Assembly (NCBI GenBank): GCA_965214705.1
Contig: OZ243972.1
Coordinates: 1,600,001 to 1,664,000, forward strand
Origin: Alphaproteobacteria bacterium
Lineage (GTDB): Bacteria > Pseudomonadota > Alphaproteobacteria > UBA828
Direction of reading: 5' to 3'
DNA length: 64,000 nucleotides
The stretch's first letter is position 1, and each line of letters starts with the position of its first letter. The notes beneath the pieces are model-generated. The model did no database searches and was not told the origin of the DNA. It was given only the letters and a program-made list of their open reading frames with translations. Shown piece by piece: positions 49,757 through 59,243 of the stretch. Both the position numbers and the translations under genes were made by a program.

Positions 49757-51369
49757 AGGGGAACTCCCTGGTGCAGGGGAACTCCCCGATGCAGATCGAC
49801 CCCGTGCAATTCGGCGATGCCGAGCGGCGCCCCGATCTCGGCGGCGATCAGCAGCACGCGCTCCTCGCGCACCAGCCGCGCGCTGCGGCCGCCGAAGGGC
49901 GCGGGAACGTCGGCATCGACGCTCCCCTCCCGGCTCGATACCGCGCCCCGATCGCTGAACCCGGTCACCACCAGGGTCTCGCCGCGCCCGATCCTGCGCG
50001 TCACCTGCACCGCGCGGCCGCCATATGCCGGTAGCTGGATGGTGTGTCCTGAAGAGGTGAAGGTGGTGAAGCGCGGCCGGTCCCTGAGACTCGCACTGAG
50101 GAGCACCAGGACCTCGTCCGGACCCGTGATGCGCGCGAGATAGCTCAGCGCGAACCCCGACGACACGGTGCCGGGCACCAGCTCGGTCTGCGCCAGGCCC
50201 TCGCCCGCCGTGGTCCGGACCTCCTTCAGGTAGGCCTGGTTGATAAGCTCCAGGAACTGTGCCGGCTTGCCGTTGAGACTCGGGATGTCGGCGCTCAGCA
50301 CTCTCGATACAGTTCCCGCCCGGCTCAGCGCCCGCACCGTCGCCGCCAGCGTGTCTCCGGCGCCCCCGGCGTCCTCCGCGCCCCACGGCCTGACCAGCGA
50401 CACCGTGTCCCCCGCCACGGCGACGCCGACGGAAGAGCCGAGGAGCTCGGACACGGAAAGATCCAACCCGTGATCGGTTTCGCGCTCGAAGCGCACCGCG
50501 TAGAGGTGCACCGAAAGCGTCACCGGGCGCAGCACCTCGCGGTTGAGCCAGCCGAGGAAGCCCCGCACCCTGTGCACGTCCTCGGGCCGGCCGCTCACCG
50601 TCACCGAGGCGCTGGAAGGGGAGACCGTGATCCTGGTCTCTTCTCCCACCAGCCCCGCGAGCTGCGCCTCGATTTCCGGCCAGGGGTCGTACTCGGTCTC
50701 GCTCTCGATCGACTGTTCGCTGAGGCTGCTCGATCCCTCCTCGCCGGCCTGGTCCTGGGTCGACGATGCAGTGCCGTGGCGCTCTGTGCCGGCCAGCGCG
50801 TTGACCCGGAACACCGCCGTGAGCGAACGCACAATCTCGATGCGGCCCTCCGCCTCGGCGTCGTACCGGGGAACTCCCCTGTAGCGCCATTCGTGGCCCG
50901 CGGCCTGCGCCCAGGCGTCCAGCAGACGATCCAGCGGGCCGGTCCAGACGGCGCCCGTCGGCGATAGTCCGTCCGGGACCCGGAACACCGCACCATCCCG
51001 CGCAGGTGCTGTGCCGATGAAGCGCACGGCAAGTCCCGTCGCCGCCTCGATTCGCGCAGCCAGCACCGCCTCGTCCTCTGCCCCGGCGAGCGGCAGGGTC
51101 ACCGCGTCGCCCGTCAGGAAGCGTTCGGGCAGCGCGCCCCGCCGGTCCTCCTCCACGAGCGCCAGCCCCACATAGGGCAGGTCCACCCGGCGCACCGTTA
51201 CGTAGCCGGAACCGGATACGCTCTCCCGTTGCGCCGCTGCCTCCCGCGCCACACGGTGCGCCTCGTCGCGCGCGTCCTCGACCGCCGTGAGTCCGCAGCC
51301 GGACAGCGTCACCAGCGCGGAAAGCGCGACCGCCGGCAGCTGCAGGCCAAGCGCCGGGTTCCGGGTCAC
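49753..51369 (-). CDS. pilN: Type IVb lipo-secretin PilN
   Basis: Lipobox LSGC, WTGPLDRLLD, LNGKPA, TELVPGTVSSGF, IQLP and GETLVVTGF. Confidence 0.9.
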   Translation of the reverse strand: MTRNPALGLQLPAVALSALVTLSGCGLTAVEDARDEAHRVAREAAAQRESVSGSGYVTVRRVDLPYVGLALVEEDRRGALPERFLTGDAVTLPLAGAEDEAVLAARIEAATGLAVRFIGTAPARDGAVFRVPDGLSPTGAVWTGPLDRLLDAWAQAAGHEWRYRGVPRYDAEAEGRIEIVRSLTAVFRVNALAGTERHGTASSTQDQAGEEGSSSLSEQSIESETEYDPWPEIEAQLAGLVGEETRITVSPSSASVTVSGRPEDVHRVRGFLGWLNREVLRPVTLSVHLYAVRFERETDHGLDLSVSELLGSSVGVAVAGDTVSLVRPWGAEDAGGAGDTLAATVRALSRAGTVSRVLSADIPSLNGKPAQFLELINQAYLKEVRTTAGEGLAQTELVPGTVSSGFALSYLARITGPDEVLVLLSASLRDRPRFTTFTSSGHTIQLPAYGGRAVQVTRRIGRGETLVVTGFSDRGAVSSREGSVDADVPAPFGGRSARLVREERVLLIAAEIGAPLGIAELHGVDLHRGVPLHQGVPL

Positions 51370-51983
51370 TGATCGCCCTCCTCGAAGCCCGACGAGGGCT
51401 CCGGGCCGCATTCGTCCACGCTGCTGTCGGAAGCCGGTGTGCCGCCGCTTGCCGGACCGGAATCCCGCCGGCCCGATGCGATCCACACCTCCACGTCCGC
51501 GCGGGCGTACAGCACCTGGCCGTCCACCTTCTCGAAGGCAGGCCCGATTCCCTTGGCCCGGTAGCGGTCGAGCGTCCGCCGGCTCACATGCAGCAGCGCC
51601 GCCAGCTCGCGCACGCTCAAGTGGCCCGTTGCGATCCCATTGGTCTTGCCGCCAGGTGCGGCAGCCTGTGGAGCCTTGCCGTTCGCTCCCGCCGACCGCC
51701 GGGACTTGCGCCTTCCCCGTCGCGGGCCGATGATTCGGTCAACCTGCTCTGGCCGCCCCTGCCGCGTGCTGCCGCCGACGCCTTCGTCGGAAGTCGAGCG
51801 CCGCCGCCGGGCAATCGCCCAGTCGTCCAGGTCGCTGCGCAGATAGTGCACGCGGTTGCAGTAGGTCAGGAACGGCGGACCCCCACCCGTCACCCGGTAA
51901 GTCTCCAGGGTGCGGGGGCTCAGCCCCAGGATCGCCGCTGCCTGCAGCGTGTTCAGATAGCAGGCGGGCGTCTTCTCGCCCAT
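51366..51983 (-). CDS. RdfS/excisionase-like protein with two tandem MerR-type wHTH domains
   Basis: YLNTLQAAAILGLSPRTLETYRVTGGGP...LDDW...STSD and LSVRELAALLHVSRRTLDRYRAKGIGP...YARADVEVW. Confidence 0.85.
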   Translation of the reverse strand: MGEKTPACYLNTLQAAAILGLSPRTLETYRVTGGGPPFLTYCNRVHYLRSDLDDWAIARRRRSTSDEGVGGSTRQGRPEQVDRIIGPRRGRRKSRRSAGANGKAPQAAAPGGKTNGIATGHLSVRELAALLHVSRRTLDRYRAKGIGPAFEKVDGQVLYARADVEVWIASGRRDSGPASGGTPASDSSVDECGPEPSSGFEEGDQ

Positions 51984-52260
51984 GACGGTGTCTCTCCCTT
52001 GCATCCGACGATCGCGGTGCATTGGAGCGACATCCCGGTCCCCCGGGGATGGTCGATCTGCTCTGCAGAGCAAGTCGACCACTTACAAACCGGGAACATC
52101 GGCGCCTGGAAATCCCCGCCGCGGCCGCCCCGCTGCCATCCGCCGGGACGGCACCGGTCGGCATGGTCAAGAGCTCGCGGCAACGGCCGCCACAGCCTCG
52201 CGGCTGCAGCCAGCCGACGCGAACCGTCCGGTCTTCCAGGCCCGGCCAGCCGACCCCTCG

Positions 52261-52288
52261 GGCGGATGAAGGCGCCGGCCAGTCCGCC
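52261..52288 (-). promoter_or_regulatory. FseA-box-like inverted hexamer GGCGGA-N16-TCCGCC
   Basis: Perfect 6-bp IR with a 16-bp spacer, directly after the DUF2285 stop and upstream of the rdfS-like gene. Confidence 0.65.
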
Positions 52289-53006
52289 TACCCTGCCGTC
52301 ACAAGGTCGCGGTAATCGCCCTCCATCAGGGCGACAGCCCGGCCGATGCGTCGGCGCACCAGGGATCTGAGTCCGCCGTCCGCATGCCACTCCGCCGCCA
52401 CCTTCGCGGCACCCCGAAGATCCCTCGCGATCTCGCGCGGCTTCTTGCCGGAAAGGTGCCCATCGAGAGCCACGAGAAGCTCGCTGTCGGGCACGCTCCG
52501 CCTCAGGGGCGTTTTTTCCCCCGTGAGCCGAGCGGCCAGAGATCGGCCGCCCGGCGCAGCCGGAGCCTGAGGTCCAGCCCCGCCGGAATGCGCAGCGCGA
52601 TGCCGCCGGCGGGATCGAACGCGTCTCCGTTGACGATCCGCAACTGCACCGCTCTCTTGCCTTCTTCGATCTTCAGGATCACGGCGCCGCTCTGCAGACG
52701 CAGACCCCGCAGCCGGCAGTCCGGGGCCGCCAGAAGCTCGGACAGCAGCGGAGCGTCGGGCGCCGGAAACGCCTCCAGCATCTCCGCCTCCGCCCAGAAC
52801 GGCGACGCCGGGCCGTCGTCCGCCAGCGGGTCCTCCCACGCAAGAAGTCCCCACTCGGCAGCCGCGCCGTCCGCCTCTGTTTGTTTCCTCAACAGGAACG
52901 GCGCCGGCTCAACCGGCGCCGCCGTCTCGGTCTTCCGCCAGGCCTCGATGTAGGCCGGGTTGTGTCGCAGGAACTGCCAGGCGCGTATGCCTCCTTTGTT
53001 GCTCAT
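52288..53006 (-). CDS. FseA-like activator (DUF6499 + DUF2285), split by a -1 frameshift at G5A6 (~52512-52522)
   Basis: AWQFLRHNPAY...EWGLL..EDP in frame 1; LVALDG..GKKPREIA..L.G....EW....LRSLVRR...A.ALMEGDYRDL in the -1 frame; strong RBS. Confidence 0.82.
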
Positions 53007-53573
53007 CAGGCTCCTCCTCCCTCCGGTCCGGCGGCAACGCCGATGACGCGCGTTGCCGCGCTCATGGCATCGAAACCGTCGTTGGGGAGAAGGACCGGCA
53101 CCCGCCGGCTGCCCTCGCCCGTGCCCGGGGACGAACCCCCGGATCACTCCCTGACTGCGCGCACATGCGCGCAGCGTTTCGCTTTCCCGATAGTCACCAC
53201 CAAGCCGAGACCCTCATGCCGGTCGTGTCGAAGGAATCGCCGTCGACATTGGTCGCAATTCGGTGCAAGCCTTCGAAGCGGAACTCGAAGGCGTTCTGTT
53301 CCGCGCCTTCCGGAAGCCAAGCCTGAGCCTGTGGGCGGGTGCCGCTGGTCCGGGCTTGCCGGCTTACCGTATCCGCTCCGCCAACATCCGTCGGATGGAT
53401 CCTGTCCGTCGAGGCTCTCAGGAAAATGTTGCCTTAGGAGTGTGTCGAGGGCCGGAACAGTCGCCCGCCGTGCATGGAGCATCGTCGAAGGCTGTTGGAC
53501 GGGTGTCGCCGACGCGGCGCGAGGCGGGTGAGGCCGTCTGTCCCCGACCTCGCCCCGCGCCCACGCTTTCCCC

Positions 53574-53879
53574 TTACCACCGGGCGATGAGGCCGACGCC
53601 GATGCAGTGCTCGGGCGCGCCTACCCCGGAATTGTTCGCGGCCTCGCGCCGGGCGCCGTCGAGATGGACCTCGAAGCCCCCGGCGTCGCCCTGCCGCGCC
53701 GACCTCAGCCGCCAGCGCATGCGGTACTCCCGCACCTTGTCCGGCAGTCCGAACCCGACATGGGACGTGCCCGTGAAGTCGCCACCGAACATCGCGATTG
53801 CGAAGCCCAGTTCCCCATCGAGCCAGCTCGACAGCTGCGCGTCCTCGTTCGCCGCTGGCCCGGACGCGCCCGGCAGCAT
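53574..53879 (-). pseudogene. C-terminal remnant of an autotransporter-like beta-barrel
   Basis: LDGELGFA..FGG.FTGT.HVGFGL...REYRMRWRL...FEVHLDG.RREAAN...ARW; alternating strands, terminal Trp, no N-terminus. Confidence 0.55.
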
Positions 53880-54347
53880 CCAAAGCCGCCCGGGTCCGCC
53901 CCGTAAGGCGGCGTGAGCGACTCAGACAGGCCGCGCCCCGCGGGGAGCACGCCTTGGGCGAGCAGCGCCGCCGCAGCCCGGCGAGGCGCCCTCGGGGCTG
54001 AAAGCGCAGGTTGGCGCTTGGGCGCAGGGACTCTAGCGGGGCCACGGTTCGACTCATTTTCCGCACACGCCTTGCCGCCCGGCAATCCAGACCGACTCGT
54101 TCGCATCGCCCAATTCCCCGTGAACCCGTTTCCACCTGAACCCGATCTCGTATCATATGCATAATGTAATCAATAGCAAGACTGCATGGGAAGACGTTGC
54201 GTAATACGATGAAATAAAGCTGTATGAGCCGATAGACTTTCGACAAATACCTCTTTATAATATCCATATTGTGTCATAAAGTATCCTGAGAGTGACATTC
54301 GGTCTGCATCCACAGGCGATGCGGCCGTTACCGGGGAGGACGGTGCC

Positions 54348-56651
54348 TTGACGGAACACGACGAAACGGCACGGCAGGAGGATGACGGCGGGCATCCGTC
54401 CGCGCTCAGCGCAGCGGTGCTGCGCATCGGCGCGAGCCTCGACCTCGACACCGTGCTCACCGAGGTGGTCGACGCCGCCCGCGCGCTCACCGGTGCGGGC
54501 TGCGGCGCCATCGCCACCGTCGACGAGTTGGGGCGCCCCGGCGATTTCGTCACCTCCGGCCTGACGGAGGACGAGCACCGGGCGCTGGAGGGCTGGCCCG
54601 ACGGGCCGGATCTCTTCGCCCATCTCGCCGGCCTCGCCGCGCCGCTCCGGCTGGCCGACCTGGCGGAGTTCGTGAATGCGCTGATCCCCTCGCCCTGCCC
54701 GATCGACTGCGGCGCCTTCCAGGGCACGCCGATGCGCCACCGGGGCGTCCATGTCGGCAGCTTCTTCCTCGGCACCAAGGAGGGCGGGTTCACCGATTCC
54801 GACGAGGAGGTGCTGGTGCTGCTCTCCGCCCAGGCCGCCGCCGCGGTCGCCAACGCGCGGGCCCATCGCGAGGAGCGGCGCGCCCGCGCCGACCTCGAGG
54901 CGCTGGTCGAGACCTGCCCGGTCGGCGTGGTGGTGCTCGACGCCGCCACCGGCGCGCTCGCCTCGCTCAACCGAGAGGCAAGGCGCATTACGGCGGGGCT
55001 GGTCTCGCCCGAGCTCCCGGTCGAGCGGCTGGCCGGCGCGATGACCTGCCGGCGCGGCGACGGCCGCGCGGTCACCCTCGACGATCTCGGGCGCGGCGAA
55101 ACGGTGCGCGCCGAGGAGGTGGAGCTCTCGGTGCCGGGCGGGGCGAGCGTGCGCACCCTGCTCGACGCCACCCCGATCCGCGCCGAGGACGGCGCGGTGG
55201 AGCGGCTGGTGGTGATCTTGCAGGACCTCGAACCGTTCGAGGCCCTGGCGCGATCTCGCGCCGAGTTCCTCTCCACGGTGAGCCACGAGCTGCGCGCGCC
55301 GCTGGCGGCGATCAAGGGCTCGGCCGCGGCGGCGCTGGAGGGCGCGCGCGAACCCGACCGCTCGGAGTTGCGCCAGTTCCTGCGCATCGTCGGCGAGCAG
55401 GCCGACCGCATGAACGGACTGATCGGCGACCTGCTCGATGCCGGGCGCATCGGCGCCGGGGTGATGCTGGTCGATCCGGAGGCGCAGGATCTGGCCGGGC
55501 TGGTCGAGCGGGCGAGGACCGCGTTCGCGGGCGCCGGCGGCAGGCACGTCGTCGTCGTCGACCTGCCCCCGGACCTGCCGCGCGTGATGGCGGACCCGCG
55601 CCGCATCGTGCAGGTGCTGGACAACCTGCTGGCCAATGCCGCGCGGCATTCCCCGGAGGCCGCTCCCATCCGGGTGGCGGCGGAGCGCGACGGCGCGCAC
55701 GTAGCGGTCTCGGTCGCCGACGACGGCGAGGGAGTTGCGCCGGAGCGGCTGGTACACCTCTTCCGCCGCCACGCCGGCATCGACGGGGGCGTGGGCGGCG
55801 GATCCGGCCTCGGACTGGTCATCTGCCGAGGCCTGGTGGAGGCGCATGGCGGGCGCATCCGGGCCGAGAGCGCCGGGACGGGCCGCGGCACCACGGTCAC
55901 CTTCACCCTGCCCGCCGCGGAGGACGCTCCCGCCGCTGCCGTCCCCGCGTCCGTCTTCCCGGACCGGCGGGGCGGGACCGCCATCCTGGTGGTGGACGAC
56001 GACCCGCACGCGCTGCGCGGGATGCGCGACGCGCTGGCGGCGGCGGGCTACGAACCCGCGATCGCCGCCGGGCCGGGCGAAGTGGCACGCCTGGTCGAGA
56101 CCCGGCGGCCCGCGCTCGCGGTGCTCGACCTGGTGCTGCCCGGGGCCGACGGCATCGAGCTGATGCGGACCCTCCCGGCGCTCGCCGACCTGCCGGTGAT
56201 CTTCGTCTCGGCCTACGGAAGGGGCGAGACCATCGCGCGGGCGCTGGAGGCGGGCGCCGCCGACTACATCGTCAAGCCCTTCTCGCCGGCCGAGCTGGTG
56301 GCGCGGGTGGGCGTGGCGCTCAACCGCCATGCTGCGCCCGGGCCCTTCGTGCTCGGCGACCTCGCCATCGACCGCGCGACGCGGCGCGTCACCGTCGCGG
56401 GCCTGGCGGTGCGGCTCACCGCGATCGAGTACAGGATCCTGCACACGCTCTCGCTCGACGCCGGCGGGGCGACGACCTACGAGACGCTGCGGCGCCGGGT
56501 GTGGGGAGACCGGGGCGGCGCCAACCGGGAGACCATACGGAACGCCATCCGCAAGCTCCGCAGCAAGCTCGGCGACGACGCCCGGAACCCCAGGTACATC
56601 CTCAGCGAGCGCGGCTTCGGCTACCGCATGCCCGGGCCGGATGACGGATGA
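54348..56651 (+). CDS. Hybrid GAF-PAS-histidine kinase-receiver-OmpR wHTH protein
   Basis: VSHELRAPL, NLLANA, DDGEG, GSGLGL, VVDDD, DLVLPG, KPFS, LTAIEY and RGFGYR. Confidence 0.92.
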   Translation: MTEHDETARQEDDGGHPSALSAAVLRIGASLDLDTVLTEVVDAARALTGAGCGAIATVDELGRPGDFVTSGLTEDEHRALEGWPDGPDLFAHLAGLAAPLRLADLAEFVNALIPSPCPIDCGAFQGTPMRHRGVHVGSFFLGTKEGGFTDSDEEVLVLLSAQAAAAVANARAHREERRARADLEALVETCPVGVVVLDAATGALASLNREARRITAGLVSPELPVERLAGAMTCRRGDGRAVTLDDLGRGETVRAEEVELSVPGGASVRTLLDATPIRAEDGAVERLVVILQDLEPFEALARSRAEFLSTVSHELRAPLAAIKGSAAAALEGAREPDRSELRQFLRIVGEQADRMNGLIGDLLDAGRIGAGVMLVDPEAQDLAGLVERARTAFAGAGGRHVVVVDLPPDLPRVMADPRRIVQVLDNLLANAARHSPEAAPIRVAAERDGAHVAVSVADDGEGVAPERLVHLFRRHAGIDGGVGGGSGLGLVICRGLVEAHGGRIRAESAGTGRGTTVTFTLPAAEDAPAAAVPASVFPDRRGGTAILVVDDDPHALRGMRDALAAAGYEPAIAAGPGEVARLVETRRPALAVLDLVLPGADGIELMRTLPALADLPVIFVSAYGRGETIARALEAGAADYIVKPFSPAELVARVGVALNRHAAPGPFVLGDLAIDRATRRVTVAGLAVRLTAIEYRILHTLSLDAGGATTYETLRRRVWGDRGGANRETIRNAIRKLRSKLGDDARNPRYILSERGFGYRMPGPDDG

Positions 56652-57615
56652 CCGGCCGCATCCCCGCATCAGGCAGCGCGACTCCCGTGGCCCGCCGAAG
56701 CCGGGGCGCGGGGACGGAGTCGATCGAGTGGACGCCGCCACTCCGGAACGGTCGCGTTATCCGCCGCTCCGACGATTGGGCGTCCAGGGATCCGGGATAA
56801 GCGAAGACCGATCCCCCCATCCCTTCGACTTCGACGCCTACGCGCCGGCGGAGATCGCGCGGCGCGTCGAGTCCTCCGGCGTCGCCAAGGCCAACCTGCC
56901 GCTCCTGCAGACCCTGGCTCTCGCCGTGCTGGCCGGCGCCTTCATCGCGTTCGGCGGGACGAGCTACACCGTCGTCGTCACCGGCTCCGAGCTCGGCTTC
57001 GGCCCGACCCGCCTTCTCGGAGGCGTCGTGTTTTCCCTCGAATTGGTCCTGGTGGTGATCGGCGGCGCCGAGCTCTTCAACGGCAACAACCTGATCGCGA
57101 TGGCCTGGGCCGACCGGCGGGTGACGACGGGCCAGCTGCTGTGGAACTGGCTGCTCGTCTATGCCGGCAACGTCGTCGGCGCGCTCGGGAGCGCGGCCGC
57201 CGTCCTCCTGTCGGGCATCCTGGATACCGGCGGGAGCCTCCACGAGACCGCCGCCGCCATCGCGCAGGCCAGGATCGCGCCGGGCGCCTCGGAGGCCTTC
57301 TTCCGCGGCATCCTGTGCAACGTGCTGGTCTGCCTCGCCGTCTGGCCGTGCTTCGCCGCCCACACCGTCACCGGCAAGATGCTGGCGATCGTCTTTCCAG
57401 TCTCGGCCTTCGTGGTGCTTGGCTTCGAGCACTCCATCGCCAACATGTACCTGATCCCGGTCGGCCTGTTCGCGGGCGGCGCGGCGCCCGCTGCCGCCGA
57501 CCTGGCGGCGATGGCGCAGAACATCGCCGTCGTCACCCTCGGCAACATCGTCGGCGGCACTCTGCTGGTGGCACTCGTCTACTGGCTCGTCTACCTGCGC
57601 CACCGGCGGGACTGA
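56641..57615 (+). CDS. Formate/nitrite transporter (FNT family)
   Basis: LAGAFIAFG, GAELFNGNN, GILCNVLVCLAV, GFEHSIANM and VTLGNIVGG. The start is uncertain. Confidence 0.88.
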   Translation: MTDDRPHPRIRQRDSRGPPKPGRGDGVDRVDAATPERSRYPPLRRLGVQGSGISEDRSPHPFDFDAYAPAEIARRVESSGVAKANLPLLQTLALAVLAGAFIAFGGTSYTVVVTGSELGFGPTRLLGGVVFSLELVLVVIGGAELFNGNNLIAMAWADRRVTTGQLLWNWLLVYAGNVVGALGSAAAVLLSGILDTGGSLHETAAAIAQARIAPGASEAFFRGILCNVLVCLAVWPCFAAHTVTGKMLAIVFPVSAFVVLGFEHSIANMYLIPVGLFAGGAAPAAADLAAMAQNIAVVTLGNIVGGTLLVALVYWLVYLRHRRD

Positions 57616-57694
57616 ACCACATGCCGCGGCGCACGGCGGCCGAGAGCGGCCTTCGTCGCAGCCGGATGCGGCAATGCCGGTTCGCCCGCGCGCC

Positions 57695-58913
57695 ATGATC
57701 GTCGAGGACTAGGCCGAGGTCGTGGACTTCCTGTCGACGGCGGTAGCCCACGGCACCGGCGAGGCGGTGCGCCGGATCGAGACCCACCGGGCGATCGTGT
57801 TCCTTTCGGGAGCGAGCGCGATCAAGCTCAAGCGCGCGGTTCGCTTCGACTACATGGACTACTCCACCGTGGCCCGGCGCCGCGCCGCCTGCGAGGCGGA
57901 AGTCCGCATCAACCGCCGCACGGCGCCCTCGATCCACCAGCGCGCGCGGGCGGTCGTGCGCCGGCCCGACGGACGGATCGGCTGGGACGGGCCGGGCGAT
58001 GTCCTCGACTGGGTCGTCTGCATGGTGCGGTTCGACGAGAGCAACGTCTTCGACGAACTCGCGCGCCGCTGCGAGCTCACGGCCGACCTGGTCGACGGCA
58101 GGCCGACCCTGTTCGATGCGATCAAATTCAGCGAGAGCTTCGCCTGTATCGACGTCTTCTACGACTGGCCTTCCTGCTCATGGATCTCCGGCATCGCGGG
58201 CTGCGGTAGGAAGCCGACCGGGTGCTCAACAGCTCAACAGGTATCTGTGGTGGCGCGACGACCTCGACGGGCTCGGGGCGTTGCCGCTCTTTCTCTCCTG
58301 CCGTGCGGCCATTCGCGCCCACGTGATTGCCGCCGCGCGCGCGAGCTCGTCCCGGCCGGTTCGCAAGGCCGATAGGCAGCGCGACGAAGCGTGCGACTAT
58401 CTCGACCTCGCAAGGGCTTGCCTCGAACCGCGGCCGCCATGTCTGATCGCCATCGGCGGCCTGTCGGTCACCGGCAAGTCGACTGTCGCCAGGCTGCTTG
58501 CGCCGCAACTGGACGCCGTGCCGGGCACGCTCCGGTTCCAGAGCGACGTCGTGCGCAAGCGGCTGTTCGGCGTCGACTCGGAATCCCGCCTGCCCGACAG
58601 CGCGTACTCCCCTTCGGCGAGCCGGCGGACCTACGCCGCGCTTCGCGACGGCGCCCGTTCGGCGCTCGCCGCCAGCGCCACCGACGTCGTCGATGCGGTG
58701 CACGCCCGCCCCGAGGAGCGTAGGGAGATCGAGGCGGTCGCGACCGGGGCCGGCGCCTCCTTCGCCGGTTTCTGGCTCGATGCGCCCCGGCAGACGCTCC
58801 GGGACCGGATTGCGCTCGGCGAAATCTCCTGGCGGCGTTTCGACTCCCGCCGCGAAGCCGCAACCCTCGCGGAGCGCGTGCGCGAAACTGCCATCGACAC
58901 CGCCTGTTTGTAG
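57695..58913 (+). pseudogene. Decayed APH-like kinase / AAA_33 bifunctional protein
   Basis: IETH, IKLKRAVRFDY.DYST, EVRINRRTAP, GLSVTGKST and SDVVRK; TAG at codon 6, internal deletion and frameshift. Confidence 0.8.
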
Positions 58914-59243
58914 ACGCCCCCGATGCCACCGGCTGTCTGCGCGACGATGGGGGTCAGCACTTGTCGGAGGAGCGGCGCGGGACAGAGCGAGAGGGGCGCC
59001 CGCGCTGAACCATGCCGACGGACTTGTCGTCTGCGACCGCCTCGACCGGGAGCTCGGACTCGACCGCGACGCCTGGACCCCGCTGGCCGGGCGCTGCCTG
59101 CCTGCCCGCGGGATGACGATGTTGGAACCGGCCCTACCCCGCGTTATCGTTTGGCCGGGCGCCTCCTGGTTCCGCGTCGTCCCTGTTGTCGGGGCGGATC
59201 CGCCGCCGCGCCCGCGACCGGGCGGTTTCTCGGGGAAGTGGAC

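Larger units (their letters stand above)
8310..53006 (-). mobile_element. Transfer and regulation region of a conjugative element (ICE- or plasmid-like): FseA/RdfS + T4bP + MPF-I T4BSS + TraD + MOBF
   Basis: About 30 co-oriented genes, many with ATGA/GTGA/TGATG overlaps. No att sites or replicon are identifiable in the window. Confidence 0.85.

Noticed and set aside
53010-53570. QseM-like antiactivator upstream of fseA
   Set aside because: None of the short ORFs shows a recognisable DUF2285/QseM motif.
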